DNA of 40,000 nucleotides from Clostridium neonatale. GTDB lineage: Bacteria > Bacillota > Clostridia > Clostridiales > Clostridiaceae. Of the stretch, positions 1 through 9,683 are shown piece by piece. The notes beneath the pieces were generated by a model that made no database searches, was not told where the DNA came from, and worked only from the letters and a program-made list of their open reading frames with translations. Made by a program: the position numbers and the translations under genes. The stretch covers positions 2,244,831 to 2,284,830 of the forward strand of contig NZ_LN890328.1 of NCBI RefSeq assembly GCF_001458595.1, written 5' to 3'. Each line of letters begins with the position of its first letter. Position 1 is the stretch's first letter.

Positions 1-641
1 CTTTCTCCTGATGTCTCACCTTGAAGTGTATACTGCATTCTACAGCTTTGAGCACACCTTCCTCTATTTCCACTTCTTCCACCAATCATTGAACTCATAA
101 GACATTGACCAGAGTAACATACACATAATGCACCATGTACAAATATTTCTGTTTCAATTCCAAGATCCTTTGAAATATATTTAATTTCATCTAAAGAAAG
201 CTCTCTTGATAATACTATTCTGTGAAGGCCTTTTTCATTAAAATATAACGCCCCTTCACCATTATGTATTGTCATCTGAGTTGATGCATGTAATTCAAGG
301 TCTGGATAAATCTTTTTACATGAATTTATAAGCCCAGTATCTTGAATTATAAGTGCATCAACACCTATTTCATAAAGATATCCAACATATTTAATAGCTT
401 CCTTTAATTCATTCTGCTTTAAAAGAGTATTCATTGTAACATATATTTTTACATTATAGCTATGAGCATAATCCACAGCTTTAACCATTTGTTCATTATC
501 AAAATTTGAAGCATATGCTCTTGCAGAAAATTTGCTTCCACCTAAATAAATTGCATCTGCTCCATTATTTATTGCAGCAACTAAACTCTCCATGCTTCCT
601 GCTGGAGCAAGTAATTCTATTTTTTCCATATTAAACTTCAT
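1..641 (-). CDS. Peptidase U32 family protein (collagenase-like), N-terminal part; the gene runs off the window start
   Basis: Absent from the ORF track because it is open at the window edge. My minus-strand translation from ATG 641 (alternative ATG 629; GGAGG at 644-648) reads MKFNMEKIELLAPAGSMESLVAAINNGADAIYLGGSKFSARAY...VHGALCVCYSGQCLMSSMIGGRSGNRGRCAQSCR. That is the typical U32 N-terminal region with its Cys-rich motif. Confidence 0.8.
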   Translation of the reverse strand, partial: MKFNMEKIELLAPAGSMESLVAAINNGADAIYLGGSKFSARAYASNFDNEQMVKAVDYAHSYNVKIYVTMNTLLKQNELKEAIKYVGYLYEIGVDALIIQDTGLINSCKKIYPDLELHASTQMTIHNGEGALYFNEKGLHRIVLSRELSLDEIKYISKDLGIETEIFVHGALCVCYSGQCLMSSMIGGRSGNRGRCAQSCRMQYTLQGETSGE

Positions 642-775
642 TTCCTCCACAATATGCTTTTACAAACTTATTCTTAAGTTTATCATCCTTAATAATATAC
701 TAAATTCAAAAAAATGCAAATAACAATTATTATTTATTCAAATTCTATGTAGCATAATTTTTATAAAAGAAAAAA

Positions 776-798
776 GTCGGCAGAATTTTTCTACCGGC
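776..798 (-). terminator. Intrinsic terminator after the ZapA-domain gene
   Basis: Minus strand GCCGGTAGA-AAAAT-TCTGCCGAC (one mismatch) followed by TTTTTT, 15 nt after the stop at 813. Confidence 0.5.
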
Positions 799-812
799 TC
801 TCTTCTTTTATA

Positions 813-2816
813 TTATCTCTTTTTAGCTATTGGCCCTATTTGCTCTTTTTTAACTTTTGCAACTTCAATTTGTGCATCAATTACTTTTGCTTGAAGTTCA
901 AAATATTTACTTTCATAATGCTTTGACTCTTCATGCATTTTTTGATTTTCCTTTGATATCTTTTCCATCTCAATTTCTATAGAATTGATTTTAGTTCTTT
1001 TTTCATCTAATTCTTCTTTAAGATTTTTTAATTGAGCTTCTTTTGTATCAATTGTATTTGATAGTCTTAAGAATATATCTTCTTTATCGCTCATTTCTTT
1101 TTCATATCTTGTTATTGCACGTTCTTTACTTGCAAGCTCCTCTTTTAATCTTCTAAAATCATATTCCTTAGTTTTTATTTCTTCTTCAATTTGAACTAAA
1201 CTATTATTCTTTTCTTCAAGCTCAGTCTCTAATCGTAATATTTCATTATCTTTGGCTTTTACTTTATCATTTAATTCTTGAGTTATTTTTTCATTTTCTC
1301 TCAAAGAATCATTTAATTCTGTTTTTAAATTAGAATTACTATTTTTAGTAAGTTCTAATTCTTCTTGAAGAACTTCAATATCTCTATCACTTTTTTCTAT
1401 TTCTTTTGATAACTCATCGTTTGTATCTCTCATATTATCAAGCTCAATATTTAAAGTATTCTTATCATCTTCTAATTTAGATATTTCTTCTTTTAATTCT
1501 TCAGTAATTAATAAAGTTTCTTCCAACTTATTATTTAATTCATTTTTCTCATTATTTAATTTTTGTATTAAACTTTCAAGTTCAATTTTCTCTTCATTGG
1601 CTTTATTTAATTTACCGTTTACTTCATTATTTATATTTTTTTCATTTTCTAATTGCTTCTTATAATCTAAAAGCTCATTATCGCACTCATTAAATAATTC
1701 ATTTAGTTCATCTATTTTCTCATTTAAATCAGATATTTCAACCTTATTATTTTCTAATTTTTCTATTAGTTTTGCTGCCTTTTCTTTTTCTGATTTCAAA
1801 TCATTATTTAAATTGCTTTCTGTAATTTTTAATTGATCAATTTCTTTAGATAATTTATTGTTTAATTCCTTTTCTGAATCAAGCATTTTTATTGTTTCAA
1901 TTTTTTCATTTATTTCTGCTTTTATATTATTATTAGCTTGTGTAAGCTTATTTGAAGTTTCCGCATGTAATCCTTTAATATGATCTAAATTCTTGTTACA
2001 TTCTTCGAAATCTTTAGATAATTTTTCTTTAGAAATAATTTCTTCTTCCAAAGTCACTTTCAATTTTTCTAAAGAATTTACAGCTTCTTCTTTTTCTGAA
2101 GTTAAATTTGTTAAACTATTAATTAAATTCTTTATTTTTTCATTAGCATTATTTAAATCATTAGTTAGCTTTTCTTCTTTTTCTTTATATCCATTTTTAA
2201 TATTTTCTTCTGATTCTTTATATTTATCAAATTCTTCTTTTACACTACTAAGCTCATTATTTAATGATTGATTAATATAGCTATGATTAGACTTAAGCTT
2301 TTCTATTTCTTCTAATAAATCTGCATTTGTATTTAGCGCTTGTTCTTTTTCAACAGTTGCTTCTGATAATTTTTTATCTAAATCTTCTATTTGTTTCTTT
2401 GCTGCTTCTAAATCATTTTCTAATGCAGTATAGTAAGATTCTTCATTCTTATATCTTTCTTTTAATTCCTTTTCCTTATTGGAAAATTCAATTTCTATAT
2501 CACTTTTTTCCTTTGAAAGTTGTTCAAAACTTTCTTTAAGTTTGTCTAATTTACTTTTTAATATTGAATTTTCTTCTGAAACATTTTTTTGATTTTTCTC
2601 AATGTTTTCTAATTCATACCCACATTCAAAAAGTTCATCTGTTATATTTACGGCTGCCAAAACTGTTGAATCAAGTAAACTTAATCCTGTTTTTTTATTT
2701 GCTATTTCTTTTATTTTATTATCTACAAAATTTGCAACTCCAAATAAATACTTTTCATCTTTATCCCCTTTTAGATTATAAGTCATCCCATTTATATCAA
2801 CCGATATTTTATACAT
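813..2816 (-). CDS. ZapA-domain protein fused to a ~590-aa coiled coil
   Basis: The ORF track gives 813..2825. I prefer ATG 2816, with GAGGTG 6 nt upstream; the GTG at 2825 lies inside that RBS. The N-terminus MYKISVDINGMTYNLKGD...STVLAAVNITDEL matches the ZapA pattern. The rest is E/K/L/N-rich heptad-like sequence. Confidence 0.75.
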   Translation of the reverse strand: MYKISVDINGMTYNLKGDKDEKYLFGVANFVDNKIKEIANKKTGLSLLDSTVLAAVNITDELFECGYELENIEKNQKNVSEENSILKSKLDKLKESFEQLSKEKSDIEIEFSNKEKELKERYKNEESYYTALENDLEAAKKQIEDLDKKLSEATVEKEQALNTNADLLEEIEKLKSNHSYINQSLNNELSSVKEEFDKYKESEENIKNGYKEKEEKLTNDLNNANEKIKNLINSLTNLTSEKEEAVNSLEKLKVTLEEEIISKEKLSKDFEECNKNLDHIKGLHAETSNKLTQANNNIKAEINEKIETIKMLDSEKELNNKLSKEIDQLKITESNLNNDLKSEKEKAAKLIEKLENNKVEISDLNEKIDELNELFNECDNELLDYKKQLENEKNINNEVNGKLNKANEEKIELESLIQKLNNEKNELNNKLEETLLITEELKEEISKLEDDKNTLNIELDNMRDTNDELSKEIEKSDRDIEVLQEELELTKNSNSNLKTELNDSLRENEKITQELNDKVKAKDNEILRLETELEEKNNSLVQIEEEIKTKEYDFRRLKEELASKERAITRYEKEMSDKEDIFLRLSNTIDTKEAQLKNLKEELDEKRTKINSIEIEMEKISKENQKMHEESKHYESKYFELQAKVIDAQIEVAKVKKEQIGPIAKKR

Positions 2817-3174
2817 CAATAACACCTCGTAAAATTCTTTATCACTTTTAATTATAGGACATATTTCCTAATAAGACAATTGCGTAAAGCCTGTCTATAA
2901 GTAGATTTTTCATATAAATTTATATTTTGCTTAAAATAATTACATTTATTTCCTTTATATTATATCTCAGTTTTATTAATATTCAAAATACTTTTTTAAA
3001 TTTCATTTTCTATGCTATACTTATTTTAATTATTTATATAAAAACTTTATTTTATTATTATTGAAGATAAGATATTTTTATATTGATTTAATATACCTTA
3101 TTGTAATAAAATATCTTAGTGTTATTGATTAATAATATATTCATTGGTTAATAATCTAAAATAAAGTTAATTGG

Positions 3175-4536
3175 GTGGTGAGTACAATTAATATAAAATC
3201 TATATTAAGTATAATTCTAGCAAAAACTGCTGCATACCTTTCAAAGCATCTTTTTAAAGGCGGAACTAATTTCCCGGGAAAAATTGCTTTAAAAATTGAT
3301 AAAAATGTATTAAAAACTGTTTGCAAAGGATATAAAGTTATCTTAGTTACTGGAACTAATGGTAAAACAACAACTACTAGCATGATTTATAATATATTAA
3401 ATGAAAATAAATTTGATGTTATTACAAATAATACTGGTGCTAATTTATATACAGGCATAGTAGCTTGTTTCATTTCAAATTTCTCTTTTTTTAAGAAAAG
3501 AGAAAATGCTTATGCTGTAATTGAAGTTGATGAAGCAAATGTTAAATTCATTACTGAGCATATAACACCTGAAATAATAACTGTAACTAACCTTTTTAGG
3601 GATCAATTAGATAGATATGGTGAAGTTTACACAACTCTAAATAAAATTCTAGAAGGTGTTCGTAATGCTCCATCTTCTAAATTAATTTTAAATGGTGATG
3701 AATCTTTACTTGGAAAATTGAATTTAAATAATCCTTCTATGTATTATGGATTTAATGTTCCAATAAACGAAAATACTACTCTTGAGATTAATGCTGATGC
3801 AAAGTTCTGTAAATTCTGTAAAGCACCATACAAATATAATTTTGTAACTTATAATCATTTAGGTGATTTTTACTGTCCAGAATGTGATTATAAAAGACCA
3901 AATTTAAATTATGCTGTAAATAAAATATTTGATTTAAATCCAGACAATTCCTCTGTTTTAATTAATAATACTGAGGTCTTCATAAGTCAATCTGGAGCTT
4001 ATAATATTTATAATGCTTTAACTGCTTTTTCAGTAGCTAAAGAACTTAATATTGATGATTCTGTAATAAAAACTTCTCTTCAAAGTCAAGAGTCAAGCTT
4101 TGGTAGACAAGAAGAGATAAAAATAGATAATAAAGATTTAAAAATAATTTTAGTTAAAAATCCAGCTGGGTATAATCAAGCTTTAGATACTTTATCACTT
4201 AATAAAGATCCATTCTCTGCAGTATTTATGCTTAATGATAATTATGCAGATGGACGTGATGTTTCTTGGATATGGGATGTTGATTTCGAAAAAATCTCTA
4301 CTCTCCCAATAGAAGATATTTTTGTTTCTGGGCTTAGAATGTACGATATGGCTGTTAGATTAAAAGTTTGTGGATTAGATCCTGACAAATTTATTTTACA
4401 AGAAGATTATGAAGCCTTAACTGAAAAAATTAAAACTTCTTCTTCAAATAAAATATATATCCTTGCAACTTATACGGCCATGATAAACTATCGAAAATAC
4501 CTACATTCAAAAGGTTATATTAAAAAGTTGTGGTAA
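3175..4536 (+). CDS. murT: Lipid II isoglutaminyl synthase subunit MurT (Mur-ligase-like)
   Basis: Has the GTNGKTTTT P-loop and a CxxC...CxxC zinc ribbon (CKFCKAPY...CPECDY). The C-terminal region is DUF1727-like, and its partner gatD follows directly. GTG start with a weak RBS. Confidence 0.85.
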   Translation: MVSTINIKSILSIILAKTAAYLSKHLFKGGTNFPGKIALKIDKNVLKTVCKGYKVILVTGTNGKTTTTSMIYNILNENKFDVITNNTGANLYTGIVACFISNFSFFKKRENAYAVIEVDEANVKFITEHITPEIITVTNLFRDQLDRYGEVYTTLNKILEGVRNAPSSKLILNGDESLLGKLNLNNPSMYYGFNVPINENTTLEINADAKFCKFCKAPYKYNFVTYNHLGDFYCPECDYKRPNLNYAVNKIFDLNPDNSSVLINNTEVFISQSGAYNIYNALTAFSVAKELNIDDSVIKTSLQSQESSFGRQEEIKIDNKDLKIILVKNPAGYNQALDTLSLNKDPFSAVFMLNDNYADGRDVSWIWDVDFEKISTLPIEDIFVSGLRMYDMAVRLKVCGLDPDKFILQEDYEALTEKIKTSSSNKIYILATYTAMINYRKYLHSKGYIKKLW

Positions 4537-4554
4537 ACGAAGGAGGCATATAAA

Positions 4555-5286
4555 ATGGAATTAACAATTTGTCATTTATACCCTGATTTACTAAATGTAT
4601 ACGGCGATGTAGGAAATGTACTTATTTTAAAACATAGAGCATCACTTCGTGGCATAGATGTTAATATAGTAAACTCTTCTTTAAATGATACTTTAGATAA
4701 AGACAATATAGACATTATTTTCTTTGGTGGTGGCCAAGATTATGAGCAGTCTATTGTTTCAAATGATTTAAATACAATAAAAAAAGATGATATTAAAGAA
4801 TATATAGAAGATGGTAAAGTATTTCTTGCAATTTGCGGTGGATATCAACTACTTGGAAAATACTACACAGCTCCAAATGGTGAAAAAATAAACGGACTTG
4901 GTATATTAAATATTTATACTGAGGGGGGAGATACTAGATTTATTGGTAATACAGAAATATACAATGAATCTTTTGATGAAACTTATGTTGGGTTTGAAAA
5001 TCATTCTGGAAGAACATATATAAATGATCATACTCCTCTTGGAAAATGCATTCATGGCTATGGAAATAATGGTCAAGATGGATATGAAGGATGTATATAC
5101 AAAAATACTTTTGGTTCATATTTTCATGGTTCTTTCTTATCAAAAAATCCCGAATTTGCTGATAGATTATTATTATTAGCTCTTCAAAATAAATATGGTA
5201 CTGATGTAAAATTAGATCTTTTAGATGATGAACTTGAATTAAAAGCAAAATCTGTTATAAAGGAAAGACTTAAAACTGATAAATAA
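4555..5286 (+). CDS. gatD: Lipid II isoglutaminyl synthase glutaminase subunit GatD
   Basis: Glutamine-amidotransferase-like fold with the nucleophile motif AICGGYQLLG and FENHSGRT. GAAGGAGG RBS; the gene starts 18 nt after murT. Confidence 0.85.
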   Translation: MELTICHLYPDLLNVYGDVGNVLILKHRASLRGIDVNIVNSSLNDTLDKDNIDIIFFGGGQDYEQSIVSNDLNTIKKDDIKEYIEDGKVFLAICGGYQLLGKYYTAPNGEKINGLGILNIYTEGGDTRFIGNTEIYNESFDETYVGFENHSGRTYINDHTPLGKCIHGYGNNGQDGYEGCIYKNTFGSYFHGSFLSKNPEFADRLLLLALQNKYGTDVKLDLLDDELELKAKSVIKERLKTDK

Positions 5287-5502
5287 AAATATTATTTATA
5301 TTTTTATTTATGTAAAAGTTATACATGGTAATTATCAATTATGCTTTTTCAGTTTTTAATTAAATGTAAAGATTATTCTGCATTTCTTTAAACTGGGTGT
5401 TTTAAACTTTTTCTATAATAAATCATACTTCATCGTTCATTGACAATTCAAATATGTTATACTAAAAATACTTAATTTATAAATAGAAGTGGAGAGATTG
5501 AC

Positions 5503-6795
5503 TTGAAAAAAAACTTTATTTTAAAAACCCTTGTATTAACTCTTTCAGTTTCATTATTTAGTTCTTTTGGCACTTTTAACCTTAACACTAGCGCTTCTGC
5601 TGCCGAAGCTGAACCCAGTATAGTAGCACAATCAGCTATAACTATGGACTTAGAAACTGGAGAAATAATTTATTCTAAAGAGGCTGATGCTCAGCATTAT
5701 CCAGCAAGTACAACTAAATTATTAACCGGCTTACTATTAGCTGAAAATAAACAAAAGAGCGATCAGTTAGTTTATACAGAAGCTGCAAAAGCTCAGCCTG
5801 CATATTCTTTAGATCACAGTTTTATGGGTGGATCAATAAAAGTTGGTGATAAGATTTCAGCTGACGATATAATGAAAGGTTTATTACTCTTCTCTGGAAA
5901 TGATACTGCTTATGTTATATCTGATAACGTTGCTGGAGATTCAACAAAGTTTGCAGAAATGATGAATGCCAAAGCTAAAGAACTTGGTGCAAACAACAGT
6001 AATTTCGTAACACCTAATGGATTACATGATGATAATCACTATACTACTGCATATGATCTTTCTTTAATAACAAAAGCAGCCTTTGGTAATGAATGGGAAA
6101 GAAGCGTTATGGAATTACCAGAAGCATCTATATATATTAATGGTTCTAAAGTTATGCTTGAAAATAGAAATTTAACTCTAGGCAAAAATGGTAATATAGG
6201 TGGAAAAACTGGATACACTAGCCTTGCTGGTGGATGCTTAGCTACTGTTTATGAAAGAGATGGAAGAAAAATCGTTGGTGTAGTTTTAAAAAGTACTCAA
6301 GTTGATAATGAAGATCCAACTAAATTCAATGATATGGATGCTATTATGAATTATAGCTATGATGTTCAAAAAGAAGTTTATAAATCAAGTGGTGAAGAAG
6401 TTGGAACTGCTTCTGTTGAATATAAATCATTTGGATTCTTTGGTCCAAAGAAAACTGTTAATGTTCCTATCAAATTAGCACAAGATGTTACATATTATAA
6501 AAATGCTATAAATGATGCTGAATCAAAAATAAATTATTCTAGCAGTAACGCTAGCGCTTGGAATCTTATATTTAATAAAGATGTTCAATTAACTTATACT
6601 ACAAGAAATCATAGTGAAAATGTTGCTGGTACTGTTGAAATTTCATTAGGAACTATTCTTAAAGATAATTTATTATTATATATTGGAACACTTGTTGGAA
6701 TAATAATAATAATTTCATTAATATTTATGCTTAAAAGCTTATCTTTTAATAGAAGAAATAGAAGATCTAGCTATAGAAGAGGAAGAAGAAGATAA
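5503..6795 (+). CDS. D-alanyl-D-alanine carboxypeptidase (S11 low-MW PBP) with C-terminal TM helix and Arg-rich tail
   Basis: Signal peptide plus SxxK (ASTTK), SxN (SGND) and KTG (KTGYT) motifs. TTG start after GGAGAG. C-terminal hydrophobic helix followed by FNRRNRRSSYRRGRRR. Confidence 0.85.
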   Translation: MKKNFILKTLVLTLSVSLFSSFGTFNLNTSASAAEAEPSIVAQSAITMDLETGEIIYSKEADAQHYPASTTKLLTGLLLAENKQKSDQLVYTEAAKAQPAYSLDHSFMGGSIKVGDKISADDIMKGLLLFSGNDTAYVISDNVAGDSTKFAEMMNAKAKELGANNSNFVTPNGLHDDNHYTTAYDLSLITKAAFGNEWERSVMELPEASIYINGSKVMLENRNLTLGKNGNIGGKTGYTSLAGGCLATVYERDGRKIVGVVLKSTQVDNEDPTKFNDMDAIMNYSYDVQKEVYKSSGEEVGTASVEYKSFGFFGPKKTVNVPIKLAQDVTYYKNAINDAESKINYSSSNASAWNLIFNKDVQLTYTTRNHSENVAGTVEISLGTILKDNLLLYIGTLVGIIIIISLIFMLKSLSFNRRNRRSSYRRGRRR

Positions 6796-6797
6796 TA

Positions 6798-7466
6798 ATG
6801 AGTAAAACGGAACTTAAAGGAAGTGTAATCTTAAATCCAGTCCCAGTTGTTTTAGTTACATCAAGAAATAAAGAAGGTAAAAATAATGTTTTTACCGTTG
6901 GATGGACTGGTACAATTAATACAAAACCTCCTATGCTTTATATTTCAATAAGACCTGAAAGATTATCATACGAATATATAAAAGAGTCTATGGACTTTGT
7001 AATTAATATGCCTAGTTCTGATTTAGTAAAAGCTGTTGATTACTGTGGTGTAAAGCCCGGAAGAAAATTTGATAAAATAGATGACATGAATTTTACACTA
7101 AGTGAAAGTACATTTGTTTCAGCCCCTTATATTAATGAATGTCCTGTAAATATTGAATGTAAAGTAAAAAATATAATACCTCTTGGTACGCATGATATGT
7201 TTATAGCTGAAGTTGTATCATCTCATGTTAATGAAGATTTATTTGATGAAAATGGTAAAATTCACTTTGAAAATGCTAACCTGATATCTTATTGCCATGG
7301 TGAATACTTTCCATTAAGTAAAAAGGCTATTGGTTCTTTTGGTTTTTCAGTAATGAAGAAAAAAACTTTAAAACGTAAAAGCTTAGAAGAAAAGAATAAA
7401 AAATCAAAAATCAAAAATAAATCTTCTTCTGGAAAGAAAAAAACATCTAATAAAAAAAGAAAATAA
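6798..7466 (+). CDS. Flavin reductase-like (FMN-binding split barrel) protein with Lys-rich C-terminal tail
   Basis: LNPVPVVLVTSRNKEGKNNVFTVGWTG...MLYISIRPERLSYEYI matches the flavin-reductase domain pattern. ATG lies 2 nt after the upstream stop. The last ~45 aa are K/S-rich. Confidence 0.7.
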   Translation: MSKTELKGSVILNPVPVVLVTSRNKEGKNNVFTVGWTGTINTKPPMLYISIRPERLSYEYIKESMDFVINMPSSDLVKAVDYCGVKPGRKFDKIDDMNFTLSESTFVSAPYINECPVNIECKVKNIIPLGTHDMFIAEVVSSHVNEDLFDENGKIHFENANLISYCHGEYFPLSKKAIGSFGFSVMKKKTLKRKSLEEKNKKSKIKNKSSSGKKKTSNKKRK

Positions 7467-7470
7467 TATA

Positions 7471-7509
7471 AAAATCACTAGAAATTAATCATCTTTCTAG
7501 TGATTTTTT
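7471..7509. terminator. Bidirectional intrinsic terminator between convergent genes
   Basis: AAAATCACTAGAAA-(9 nt)-TTTCTAGTGATTTT, with A/T runs on both sides. Confidence 0.6.
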
Positions 7510-7536
7510 AACTTTAATCTTATTAAATATTATTTT

Positions 7537-8379
7537 TTAACCTTTTAAGCTCTTAAATCCTTCTCCAAGCACTTCACTTGTCTCGCTTACAGTAATGAAT
7601 GCACTGCTATCATTTTCTTTTATAAACTGTTTTAATTTTATAAATTGACTTCTTGTCAATATAGTTAATATAACGCAGTTATCCTGTCCTGTATATCCAC
7701 CCTTTCCATGAAAGACTGTACATCCTCTATGTATTTCCTTTATTATATAATCCGAAACCACTTTTTCTTTTTTAGTAAATACCATTACCTGTTTAGATAC
7801 ATTAATACCATCTATAAACTTATCAATTAAAGTACTTGTTAAATAAACACTTAATAATCCAAATAATGCAAGCTCTGTTCCAAAAGTAAACATAGCTAAA
7901 ATAATTACAATAGAATCTGATATTAAAAGACCTTTTCCAAAATCTATATTAAAATACTTGCTAATAAGTTTAGCTGTTATACTTGTTCCACCTGTAGTTG
8001 CATTCTGGGTAAGCATAATTGCTGTTCCTAAGGCTAATAATGCACTTCCAAATATAGATGCAAGTATTAAATTATCTGTAAAGGGTACTACATCAAAATT
8101 TCTTTCAATTACTGATAATGATATTGATAATCCAAAAGCTGCATATAAACTTTTTATACCAAAGCTTTTACCAAGAAACATAAATGCTAATGCAAATAGC
8201 ACAACATTACATATGTTCATTACTATTCCTGTCTTAATTCCAAGTAATTTATTTATTACAAGAGCTAATCCAGATATTCCTCCAGACGCTATTTCATTTG
8301 GGAAAAAGAAAAATTGTAATGATATTACTACTATTGCTATACCTAATGTTATAATTGCGTATTCTTTTAACTTTTTCAT
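7537..8379 (-). CDS. YitT-family membrane protein (multi-TM region plus DUF2179-like C-terminal domain)
   Basis: Multiple TM helices, then ...CTVFHGKGGYTGQDNCVILTILTRSQFIKLKQFIKENDSSAFITV..., which is typical of the YitT/DUF2179 family. Confidence 0.8.
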   Translation of the reverse strand: MKKLKEYAIITLGIAIVVISLQFFFFPNEIASGGISGLALVINKLLGIKTGIVMNICNVVLFALAFMFLGKSFGIKSLYAAFGLSISLSVIERNFDVVPFTDNLILASIFGSALLALGTAIMLTQNATTGGTSITAKLISKYFNIDFGKGLLISDSIVIILAMFTFGTELALFGLLSVYLTSTLIDKFIDGINVSKQVMVFTKKEKVVSDYIIKEIHRGCTVFHGKGGYTGQDNCVILTILTRSQFIKLKQFIKENDSSAFITVSETSEVLGEGFKSLKG

Positions 8380-8660
8380 TATTTCCTCCTATACATTCTA
8401 AAATTAATGTTATCATTATTCATAGATGATATATTATCACAGATTTCAAATATTAATCTTCTATAGTTTGCATCAAATATCAATATTTTATATAAAATTT
8501 TTTAAAATAAACACTTATAAGTACGTGAAATTACAAATGTTAAAATCACAATATAAAAAAAATAAGATACTCTAAAATAATATTCTAGAATATCTTAACT
8601 GATTTATAATTGATTTATATTTTAATAAACTATATAGTTTTATATGTATATCATTTCTAA

Positions 8661-8768
8661 TCAAAATATATCATTAAATAAATTCAATAATAATAGAGTA
8701 AGTATCACATTCATAATTCCAGCAATTCCAATAGAAAGTATGCTTATTCCACCTTGAACTTTTCCAAA
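8661..8768 (-). pseudogene. Possible C-terminal remnant of lrgB/cidB
   Basis: My translation is FGKVQGGISILSIGIAGIMNVILTLLLLNLFNDIF*. It resembles LrgB C-termini (G.xEGAxSSxAMxxxG pattern) and sits where lrgB should follow lrgA. It is preceded by an in-frame stop, and only ~200 bp are available. Confidence 0.35.
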
Positions 8769-8855
8769 TTATAAGACTTTAATTGAGTTTAGTTTTTCTC
8801 TCCCTATATATTCCTATTTCAGAAGAAGCTAGTGAATACTAATGAAAATAGTAAA

Positions 8856-9245
8856 TTACCTGGTATTACTTCCGATATCTTCACCTTCATTCATTTCTAT
8901 TTTTTTCTTGCTTGATATAAATCGAATAATTGTACCAATCCCACCCATTATTACCATTGTTGTTATAACATATACAATAAATATTTGAATGCATGTAGAT
9001 TTTATTATATCCATTGAAGGCATAAGTCCAACTCCTACTGGAATAAAAAATAGCAATAAATGACTTAATAAACACTCTGATTCAATTTCAATATTTTTAA
9101 TCTTCAAAATTTTTCTACATAGCAATATGAATAATATAAGCATTCCCAATATATTCCCCGGTACAGGTAAATTTAATATTGATGATATAAATTCACCTAT
9201 TAAGTAAATTCCAAGAATAATCAATGTTTCTCTAAAAAGCTCCAT
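8856..9245 (-). CDS. CidA/LrgA-family holin-like protein
   Basis: 129 aa with 4 TM helices. The motif LNLPVPGNILGMLILFILL is typical of the LrgA/CidA family. Confidence 0.75.
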   Translation of the reverse strand: MELFRETLIILGIYLIGEFISSILNLPVPGNILGMLILFILLCRKILKIKNIEIESECLLSHLLLFFIPVGVGLMPSMDIIKSTCIQIFIVYVITTMVIMGGIGTIIRFISSKKKIEMNEGEDIGSNTR

Positions 9246-9640
9246 CTTTCTGCCCCTTTCAATTATTCCTCAAGATTCCTTTATCCCAATTACCAAGTTA
9301 TATACTATACAATTTAACACTATTTAATTAATAAGTAAATTATTGATTTAGCTTATATGTAGATAAAATCATATATAATATATTAATAACTTATATTTAT
9401 AGTAATTAAATGCAATTTTTAAATGTTTTTCCTGTGATTTAAATATAAACCTAATCTGATCTTAAATAAATTAATATTTATATACATAAAACTTCATTTA
9501 TTTAAGATAATATTTCTCAAAACTAATATGCTTAGTATTTCTCAATAATCTATACAATAAATTTAATATCCTTAGTATAATGTATACATACACTAAATCG
9601 TGCTCTTAGTGTCTTAACTCGATTGAAATAGTAATGTATA

Positions 9641-9680
9641 AAAAGATGCTTCAAGATATTGTTTCTTGAAGCATCTTTTT
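9641..9680. terminator. Bidirectional intrinsic terminator after the ABC permease gene
   Basis: AAAAAGATGCTTCAAGA-(6 nt)-TCTTGAAGCATCTTTTT, a perfect long stem 4 nt from the stop at 9684. Confidence 0.7.
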
Positions 9681-9683
9681 ATA

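Noticed and set aside
1990-2001. An exact copy of the box TTCTTGTTACAT (with AAA upstream, as in boxes 5 and 6) inside the ZapA-domain gene.
   Set aside because: It is a single isolated copy within coding sequence (antisense of codons E-C-N-K-N). My rough composition-based expectation is well below one per window, so it is a curiosity. One site cannot support a regulatory claim. It would become relevant if the boxes prove to be host SpoIIID-type sites.
1993-2851. Plus-strand ORFs of 70-95 aa (1993..2271, 2327..2539, 2564..2851) opposite the ZapA-domain gene.
   Set aside because: They are antisense shadows of a low-complexity coiled-coil gene, with Leu/Phe/Ser-rich nonsense sequence and no RBS. 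The same reasoning applies to the other track ORFs that lie antisense to well-supported genes, such as 3156..3383, 4940..5248, 7958..8401, 9784..10254, 22420..22647, 29236..29520 and 30553..30810.
9531-9612. Three direct CTTAGT(A/G)T repeats upstream of the cidA/lrgA-like gene as possible LytTR-type regulator sites.
   Set aside because: The spacings (40 and 33 nt) and the sequence do not fit the 9-bp, 12-13-nt spacer, 9-bp LytTR layout. No lytSR genes are in the window.
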